From Catajapyx aquilonaris (lineage: Eukaryota), in the NCBI GenBank assembly GCA_000934665.2, contig JYFJ02003084.1:1-46505 (forward strand): a stretch of 46,505 nucleotides of DNA, in the 5' to 3' direction. The translations under genes were made by a program, and so were the position numbers. Shown here piece by piece: positions 36,761-46,505 of the stretch (position 1 is its first letter; every line of letters begins with the position of its first letter). The notes under the pieces were generated by a model. The model ran no database searches, was not told the DNA's origin, and saw only the letters and a program-made list of their open reading frames with translations.

Positions 36761-37099
36761 TCACTACCAAATTCCGCACCAACCACTATTACAGACTCGA
36801 GTCCGAGTCTCCAGCACGTATCTCCGCCTGTCCGGCCAAGAGGGCTCCTTCCCAAAAGGACCTTGAACCGCTTTTTTTTTTACACCAACCCTCGCACAAC
36901 CAACCAGCAGCCGCACCTCAAGCTGCTCAGCAAAACCTGTTCGTACAATTTCTCAGACAAACGCGACATATAGGATCAAACTATTGCGTCACGATTCACT
37001 TTTGACCATCCGATGCGGCCTGACATTACGTCAACCAGCTCTCCTTCGTAGGCGCAGCTCATCTATATTCCCTCGTGAGTGGTGTCTGCTGTCAGGCTC

Positions 37100-38470
37100 A
37101 AAAAGTGAAGGGAATGTTGAAGTATGGGGCAGGTTACAAAACGACAATGGAGTTGTCGCAAGGGCGCTGCGGCTTTTGTTGGTCACCACAGGAGGGGTTA
37201 TTGAATGTGGATATTTTTACGAGGAAAGATAAACTATGTGACACTACACCCTGAGAAGTTATTGCCAACATTGGCCTGGGTCTCCCTTGGTACAGGTATG
37301 ACGAGACGGTCAACATTGCGTGCCAGCAACAACAAAAAAGGGATTTCACAATCCTGGGATGCATCATGAAGGACTACTTGGCAGGAATCGGATGAAGGTG
37401 ACCTCCACAGCAGATTTCCTCCTGAATTTTATCGCACTTTTTTGTACGTCTACATATGAATAATTGATTTAAAAAAGAAACATTTTATGCAAATTATGTA
37501 GGTCACTGCCACGAGGTGAGCTGCAATTATATGGTAGCAAAAGTACAATCCTTCTTACGGTGTAATAGCTCAATGACATGTTCAGTTAATAAAGACAAGC
37601 TAACTGTCCGTATAACACTGGCAGTTTCTACATTCCCATATACGCTATGCATAAAGTCCAACCAAACATGTTTTTAGGCCGAGTGGGGAAAAAAATATAG
37701 CTATAATTCTCTGGGGGCAACTAACTATACCTAGTGACACATCCTGCACTACTTTGATTGAAAATAAACAAGCCAATTCCTGAAAGACCGGATTATCCAC
37801 AAACTCAGAGCTATTCTTGCTTCACTAGGCCCAAAGGGGGCCCCCGATCACGAAGCAGAATTGGCTACCTTTTCAAGATTCCTTGCCAAGTTTGAGCAGC
37901 AAGCACTTGGGACATACAAGTTGGTGACAAAGTGGAAAAAGTGTACGAAAGTGAGAAAACTCGTGATCGGCGTTCGTAAATATTACCAGGTGAAGCGGCA
38001 TGTAATGAGACGATTTTGAAAGGAGCAGATACTGTAAGTGGAGTGTTTCTATCCGATTACAGACAAGCTGCGGGTTTGCAAGGAGTCCCGCTTTGGTGGG
38101 TATAGAGTACAATGTTATACCGACAAATTCAGTTTCATAAACATGATGGGGAAGCATGATGGGGAATGCAGATATTATTTCCTCGGATAAATGATTTTGC
38201 AAATGTTACCCATTGGATGTTGAAGCTACATTTCCTGATCAGTTCCTACATTTTACTAACTTTATGCAGCAAAATTCATCTTCTTCAGCGGAAGGTTATT
38301 TGAAAGACATCAGGTCAAACAAACTGGGAAGTGTACAGGGAGTATCCTGCCACACTCACTATCCGTCGCCCATGACTGCTACGCGGGTGGCGTGACATGA
38401 AGGATATTTCCTAACACGATAAACCAAATGAGAAAATTACCTGCCATTGCACATCGTAATGGTGCCTTTC
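37100..38470 (+). pseudogene. Decayed hAT (ZMYM1-like) transposase fragments
   Basis: Broken frames read QWSCR (cf. TRWSSR), LPGEAACNE..VECFYPITDKL, YPLDVEATFPDQFLHF...IRSNKL...PMTAT, resembling the hAT C-terminal dimerisation region; stops and frameshifts throughout. Confidence 0.5.
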
Positions 38471-41400
38471 AGACAAAAATTGACCATGTAATATTTACGT
38501 ATGACACTGACGAGCGATAGACAGTACAAAATATGTATTATTCTGTGAAGTGAATGAAAACAAATATTTTGTTCTTGTTAGAAGGACCGAAATGGAAGAT
38601 ATCGCCTTATCTGCCGGAAGCAAATTCGGGAGTTACAATCGAACCGTGGTTACTGATGGTTATAACCTTCTAAGTCCGTGGTTATAACTGATCCTAGGAT
38701 GTACGCTACTGTAGTTCAAAATTGCTACGAATTGCATTGTTTCTCTCGCACCTTGCCTTTTTATGGCTCAAGGTCTAACGATTCCGATTAAATCGCGTTA
38801 CTTTTTACTGTGTGTATACATGGTCCGTTAGCTCTTATTATTGCTGCATTGCATTCTTCTGACATTTGTAGCACGTTACTGAAGTCCTATTGTATAATGT
38901 CAACATGGCTGGAGCCATGAAAAAGAGTCACCTACCAACTTAGCCTTGGTATGGCTTATTGCGACCTTGCAGGTAAGCAGGGCCATGTGACGGTCTTGAA
39001 CTCTTGATTGCACAATTTGGCTAGATTCTTCTCAAGTTTATCACTACAGCTATGAGGATATGACTAGACTGCTAAAATCCTCGTCCAGAGTCACCACATG
39101 AGTAACTGTTGTATAGTACAGAATAATGACTACAGGCATTCGTTTGTAATACTGTAATTATATTATAAGTAGGCAAGGCACTCGGCCACGCAACACCCGC
39201 ACGCAAAGTCTTGAACTAGATAGTCCATTGAGCATTGAATCGCAAAAAAAGATAGAAAGTTTACGTTATCAAGCATTTGGTTAATTCATGAAAAGGGTCT
39301 TTTCCGGTATTCAGGACGGGGTACTGTGGGCACGGGATTTATTTTAATTTAATTTTTTTAAATGAAGGTTCGCGTGTAAAGGGCAGGGGCAACATATTGC
39401 TCCTTTTTGTTGGAAGTAAAAACGTGAAAGCAATGTTTATTTTCCCTTCAGATGAGAGGAACCCATAGTGCATCCGATTTTACAGTTGCAATTTATGCAA
39501 GGAAAATTTGATATTGTTAAGTCATACGGAAGATGTCGTTATATTTGTTGGAAGTAACCATACTCCATTTTCAAATAGGTGCCACTGCAATGTAATAAAA
39601 GAACTTCAATCAGTGTAGTGAAATATGTGTCACTGGATCCGTCAATGCTTGAGAATAATATTATATTAGTTGTAATCTTTCGCTGAACAGTCCATACACT
39701 CACTGATTTTAATGGATGACTTTAAAAGAACGCCTAAACGTTACAGGAAAGGTACGACTTGTGCTTCGATTACGCTTTGAAATAGTTAACTGCCGATGAA
39801 CAACTGCTTCCTCCAGCCTTCATCTCAAATGGAGCGGGTAAAAAAAACAACAACAAAAACCCGAAGATGAAATGAGGAAAATCTGCAGCATCCTCACCGT
39901 GCCTTAAAATAATAGAACCGGTTGACGAGATTGTTTACTCTAACCCAGATGTTACATGAACATACGGACTCACATTGATTTATGACTACCTATCAAATTC
40001 ATGAATTTAGGCCCACTTTCATGAATCATCTCGGCCATATAGCAGATACCTGGCGAGTCTTCTGTAATTACAGGGGAGGGGATACACCCATTATGCAACT
40101 CGTGCATCCCGATTACTGGATATAAGTGACCTTCACGTAAAACCTACTCGTACGCTCGTACAGTGCTGTGCACATTGCAGAATGAAAGGCGCAAGGTGTG
40201 CGACGTGCATTGTATATAATGGAAAAAAGTCGCTCATTTACACTCGCCACAGCTGCCACCTCACCTTCAAATGTGGAAGTGCGCTACATTGTACAAGTCT
40301 TGCGAAAGCCAATTAAAATGGGTTTGCCAACGATAGGTATTATTTCTAGTCGAACAATAGCACTGTACCCACAGTATATTTCTCTCACGCCGATGCAGGA
40401 TGAACGGGTATTAAATCAGGTCAAAATTGCACAAGTCTTCCCATAGTCCAAATCGCTCAAACTAGCTCACTCGATTATTATATGGATGCAATAATTTAAT
40501 AACGTTCTTAAATCAAGTACAGCACTTCCTTCAAAAGCCCTTATTGTGCTTAAAAAGGAAGTTACTACTATATACCTGACGGGGTTTATTACAAATCTGA
40601 AGGTCAAGACGCGTGCTAAGTGCTCCGAAAATGTATAGTGCCATTGTTTGTGACATTCTTCATGAACAGCTGGACCTTACGTCACGTACATTTTCGCCAT
40701 TGTCCCACTTGCATTTAACGGTCACTTTCAAAATGAAAGAGGAAAAAACAAGGATATACGGTGAATTCACGCCACTTCCTATTTTTCAGGGTATTATTAT
40801 TCCCAAGCTCCTTATGAGTTGTCGCAGTGACTGTATAGAGCACGCAGGACATTCGTTATTTTGTCTCCTTCATACCCAAGTGAATTTTTAGACCGTGAGA
40901 ACTGCAGTAATTACAGTAGTGCACATGAACCGTGGAAATGCATCTGTTCCGCCTATTTCCACTGTGAAATGCAACAAGGATAATAAGGATGGTAGCCGAT
41001 GTGTGAGAGTGTGACATTAGCTCCACAAACCAACTTCGTCATTCACGTGAGTACCAAAACTGCTCAGTTCTAGTTATTTGTTCACATTCGTGGAGGTCGT
41101 CATTTTTTTTAGGGATGTTGAATCTGCAGTTAGAATTCACCTGCTCATTACTTCTACATTGCCATACTGATTTTTGTTATTTTAGTAATGCTTACGTTAC
41201 ATGTCACGAGAGAACATTGTAAAAACCACTAGGAAAAGCAACATGTCTGCAACTTCTTTTTATGTAGCCATAAACCAATCTGCTATGAGGTCCACACGCT
41301 CGGGCCCACATCACTTAGGTCGCCATATACGTGCTGTATCTCCATAAATGTGATGACATCTGGTTATTTTTAAATTACCTCTTAAATCGAAATGTGTCTT

Positions 41401-41880
41401 TGTCAAAGTCTTTATTCGCAATTACGCTAGGCGTGTTCAGAATTCATCAACCCTATCGTCTTTGTTTGCAGATTGTTTGTTATTGTGACAAGGCTGTACA
41501 CCTGTAAGTACTGTAGGCTACTGCATAATACAGGCGGATACCCAGGTTTCCTAGCCTTAGAAAAACTCTCTCCCAGTCGTTTTATTAATAAATATATCCT
41601 GCACTAAAATGCCAAAACAATGCCTTTTTCTACCTTCGTTGCAGTCTATTCTCATAAGTAAGCAGGCACTGCTCAGGAGCATAAAATGACCCCCATCAAT
41701 TAGTATTGAGCCGCAGCTTATTCCATATTTGCCTATTCTGCAGCCTGAACCTAATATGAAATTTATTTTGTGGCATGTCAGTAGTAAATATTGATTATTA
41801 TCAATATAATATAGCCTTCGTATGGGTAATGTACAGAAATAACGCCAAGGTATTCTGTATGACTGAGGTAACTTCTCCAT

Positions 41881-41883
<3 letters not shown>

Positions 41884-41950
<67 letters not shown>
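41884..41950. repeat. (AAT)n microsatellite
   Basis: Read directly from the sequence. Confidence 0.95.
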
Positions 41951-44900
41951 TTGCCATTAGTAAAAACACATGGAACTTGCACCACTAACTAGAATAGGCA
42001 TGGTGTTATGTCTATACAGTAGCTCTTAGCTGTGCAGTACAGAAGCAATGCCTTGCTGTTTTCATTCAAGTGAAGACAAAGGAATCTAAAGACAATGCAT
42101 AATAACCATAAAGGGTTGGACAAGGGTGGAGGAAGGTGACTGAAGTCATACACTACCTTTGGATGTGCCACCTAGAGTTAGTAAGTTTAGTTGGAGTACG
42201 CCTGCGCAGTGAAGTAGCCTAACTGGAATACCCCTAGGCTAGTTTTCTCCTTCACCGGTGCAGGTGTATTTCTAATTCCAACTACTACTGAACCTACTAC
42301 CAATGAAAAATAGTAAAAACTGTACAAGCAGCTACTGGTGCTGGTCCAGGGCACCCAAAAGTAACACACACTGAACTTCAGAACTGCCAATTGAAGGTTA
42401 AAACCTGCATCAACATAATATGAGGAACACTTTCCTCCACAGTATTATAAGTACATATCAAAAATATTCCCATAATGACCATAAAACCTAAAAGTAAACT
42501 GGCCCAATGCGTCAAGGTACTCACTTGTTTCCAGTAAATGAACCCTACTTGAGCAAAAGGAGCTGATGCAATAAAATGTCCATTTTGAGATTTCCCAGCC
42601 TGCATTCCCAATAACATTAACACACACTGACTTAGCATGGGAAATAGCAACTGCAAACAATTCAAACTGCTCAGTTGCTACATCAACAGCTGTCACAATC
42701 CGGACAAAAATAAAGATGTCATTTCAGTTCTGCTGCAAACATGGTTAGCCAATATTCATATGCAAATGATTGCTTCATATGCTAACCAGTTGCACATGAT
42801 AAGCTGGTAGATTATTACACACTGTAACATGGGGCAGAGAATCCCAATTCTATAAATGTAATTCCATGATGATTCAAAAAGCTTTAGCAAGCTGCAAGGA
42901 CAGCCAATAGGTTGGGCAACTCTATGATTACCAAGTGAAGGAGGGACTCATGCAATTATAAAGTATTCTTGGCTGCCAAAAGGTCCACAGGGTCAGATAC
43001 CATTATTTAACTCCTGTCCTTTCAGCCTTCTCTACCTTACTCTCGGTTTCTCTTAATCTATCTGTCTATCACATTACAGCCCGGTAGCTACATGGCTTTT
43101 TCCATTCAATTAATCAGTCAACCTGTTATGTGAATCTTGGTGCTGTGTGGCTCTATGAATTAACCTACCTTGAAATGATTGGTTGCTGTTCTTGCTAAAG
43201 CTGCTACAAACAGAATTTGGCACCCCAAAACGATTCCTATTACTTACAAGCTCTCAGAAAGACTTCAAATCCGTGCAATTAAATTATCAATTAGGTTGTT
43301 AATGAAGGTTTTTATTTTCGTTAATGAGAGCTATAAAGTATTACAGGTCAATTCTCCGCAAGGTAATTGAAACAAAGGTTCTAAAAAACCTGATACACCT
43401 GTCCCACTGATTGGCAGGACACTTCAAGACTGTCTTGCTTTTATTGCTAATTTGCATTTGCAATCAAGTTGCAACCAACCCAAAAACAATTCATTGCCTT
43501 TCTGCTACCAATTCCTTATTGTCTGTCAGTAAACACCATCAATGTACATACAATTTTATTGTCACTCATTTCCAACACTAACCTAGTGCTCATTCATATC
43601 AGCAAACCAACACTCACCAGTGCTGCACCTTGCATTTATGAGTCATAAGTCATAACACATTCCACCCCAGTGTAGTGGCAAGCAAAACACAAAAGAACAT
43701 ATGTGAGTTCTGGCTCAACATATGGCAGCATTACATGCCACAATATTTCCTCTGAAAGGGTGAAACCCGATGGCTGAACCATTCATCACCATTGGCCAGA
43801 CCAATCCCCCAAGCTCTCAAGGATCCATCCAACAAATAACTTACTCTTTGAATGTGCAAGTGCTGCAATTAACTCTTATGATGAAACCACATCACCAAGT
43901 ACGATGCTTTTCGAGTTCATTTTTCACTAGCTATTCCTTTATAAATTGCCATCATTTAATTTTATATGTACCTGATGATGAGGTTCTGTGGTAATGTTAG
44001 CTTATGAAATCAGCTTAAGAGTATGTTAGGCCATGGTCACACGTGCAACAAAACTTACAGGACATTATAACAGACAATCTGCGACACCCCTGGACAAATC
44101 TCATGTTGCAAAAGCCATGTTCCTAGTCATTAAATGCATGGGGCTCGATGGTGGCCAAAATAATTGTTATACCTTTGGGAGACTCGTTACAAGCACTTGT
44201 ATGTTAGTGAAGACTGCTGCTGTCACATTTATATTGTCGCTAGCTCTGGATTATTGCTGCACATATGACAAGGGCAAAAACTTTCCTACTCTACCCTTGC
44301 AATGTACGTAACTGAACATATGCAACAATCGCTACGACTCTTTTTGTCTATATATTACTTCCCAATTCCAATTTCACAACCACAGGTACGTAGGTGCACC
44401 AGCACATATCATCACCCAACGGAAGGCCTTCTAGTTAATAGACACCCATCCTGCAGCAATGCATGTTCCAAATGGTGTCTCCCACCAGGAATTGACTGAT
44501 TTAGTGACCAGCATTGCTATTATGCATCATGCACAACAATGCTGGTCACAATATGCATGAAACTATAGAATGTTACTGATATGACCATTCTTATAGAGTT
44601 GACATAGTTGGCCATTGTGACTGTCTGCATGCGCAATTCTTTGATAAAAATCCTCCAAGTCCTACCTTACTTGACGGCACGTGCTGACTGGCAGGTGTGC
44701 GTCTCCCAACCCTGTGATTATATGTATTATCAAGGTCGGTATATGGACAGCTGATTCCCGTGTGAGCGAGTCCTCCCGGCTCCAACCGTGTCCTGGGACG
44801 GTCTGGCTGGCTGGAGAAAAAAACTTCACAGGCCGGAAAGGAAGAGACTTCAATGGTGAAGTGTTGGTTAATCGTCCGGAACTGTTCTTCGGGTGGCTGA

Positions 44901-45394
44901 CCGACCCTCCCCCTCCAGCTTTCTCTCGCAGCTCTCGATTGACCTCTTCGTCTTGTTGGATTCTAATAAGCAGTCTCATCCGATTTCTTTTTCTTGTGCT
45001 CCTTTTTTTCCCCCCGCCCCTCACGTTCTTTTTTACCGTCCTTTTAATGCGACTTAACCAGTCGAACACCCAATGTGATTTTATCAAGGTCAATTCCTGG
45101 TGGTTCATTTCGTGGTCGAGAGGTGGCGTAAGTGGGCTCCAATCTGCAATGGGGTTAATGCGAAAGGAAGACGACAGATGGGATGGTTGCGTACAATGCC
45201 AATATTTTGCTTGATGGTGGCACCACCTGGCGAGGATCAGTGTTACTATGCGGATATACCGCGTGATCCAAATGATCCAAATGATTTCATTCCTTGAAGC
45301 AAATAACTTTGAAAATTGATATACCGGTATTTGCATTTTTTTGGTTCATAAAATATTGCAACGTTGCTTTTAGTCCGGGTGCTAAGGGGTTGAA

Positions 45395-46505
45395 CTTCGC
45401 ATTTTGTGACAAAAGTATGAAACTCGGTACACTTGTCCTTTGGACACTTCTGATCATATCTGGACGTGGAGCCACGATGACCCACCCCGGTGGTGGTCCA
45501 TTTCGCAGGGTTTCCATAACTACCAGATGCAGCATCCTTTTAGGACCTTGTATTGGGTGACAAAAACATGAAACTCTCCACAATTGGTCATTGGACACTT
45601 CTGAACATGTCTGGATGTGGAGCCACGATGACTGACCCCGCTGTGGGTCACTTGCAGGGTTGCCAGATCTAACGGACCAAACATACATCTCTGCGAGGAT
45701 CATGTGAATTGGGAGCTTGCATTCGGTGATAAAAACGTGAAACGCGGTACGGTAGTTCTTCGAACACATCTCAACATATCTGGACGTGGGGTCACGGTGG
45801 GTGACCCGTGGTGGCCTCGCCAGGGGTCACTATCGCGGAGTTGCCAAATCGAACATGTGTTGCACACCTTTACATGAATAAGGGCCTTGCATTCGGTGAT
45901 AAAACACTGCTAAAACATGAAACTCGCCCCAATTGGTCTTCGGACACTACTGAACATGTCTGGAAGTGAGGTCACTATGGATGACCCCGCTGGGGGTCAC
46001 TCGCAGGGTTGCCAGATCTAATGGGCTCTCTAAGTAAACTATGTGAATAGGGAGCTTGCATTCGGTGACGAAGACGTGAAACTCGGTACAATATAGTTCT
46101 TTGCACACTTCCGAACATATCTGGACGTGGGGCCACGATGACCCACCCCGGTGGAGGGCACTATCTGGCACTATGATGGTGTTGCCAAATCTAACAGACT
46201 GTGCAACATGCGTTTATATTTTGATAGGGAGCTTGCATTTGGTGACAAAGACGTGAAACTTGGTAGAATTGTTCTTTGGACACTTCCGAACATATCTGGA
46301 CTTGGAGCTACGATGACCCACCCCGAGGGAGGGCACTATCGCAAGGTTGCCATATCTAACAGAATGTGCAACATGTGTTTCTATTTGAATAATGAGCTTG
46401 CATTCGGTGACAAAGCCATAAAACTTGGTACGTTAGTTCTTTGGACACTTCCGAACATATCTGGACGTGGGGCCACGATGACCCACCCCGAGGGAGGGCA
46501 CTATC
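45395..46505. repeat. Diverged tandem array, unit ~165-178 bp, about 6.5 units, running off the window
   Basis: GCATTCGGTGA...TGAAACTCGGTAC...GGACACTTCCGAACATATCTGGACGTGGGGCCACGATGACCCACCCCG recurs near 45399, 45550, 45719, 45889, 46058, 46236 and 46400. Confidence 0.92.

Noticed and set aside
42187..42696. Cluster of hydrophobic minus-strand ORFs
   Set aside because: No consistent splice phases or recognisable family
45395..46505. CRISPR-like array
   Set aside because: Whole ~170-bp units repeat with no unique spacers, the context is eukaryotic and no cas genes are present

Overview
Eukaryotic, intron-rich genomic DNA, probably from an arthropod or insect (ninjurin C-type gene, tRNA-derived SINEs, GGTTA repeats); no prokaryotic features or CRISPR. 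Eight protein-coding genes were reconstructed by matching GT-AG splice phases by eye: (1) a Harbinger/HARBI1-like transposase-derived gene (-) with its DDE triad substituted; (2) divergently, a Zucchini/PLD6 nuclease (+); (3) a 48-aa Gly/Lys micropeptide gene built from four tiny coding exons (-), only partly visible in the ORF track; (4) a ninjurin (NijC-like) gene (-) with four alternative terminal exons and complementary intronic elements resembling a docking-site/selector RNA switch; (5) the HECT ligase UBE3C (+); (6) ARL6IP6 (-); (7) a Nop6-like RRM protein (+); (8) an ALDH3-family aldehyde dehydrogenase (-) with alternative N- and C-termini. The rest holds palindromic MITEs (Tc1/mariner-pogo, piggyBac-like, hAT), SINEs, decayed transposase fragments, microsatellites and a ~170-bp tandem array at the right end. 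Family calls rest on recalled motifs; no database search was run.
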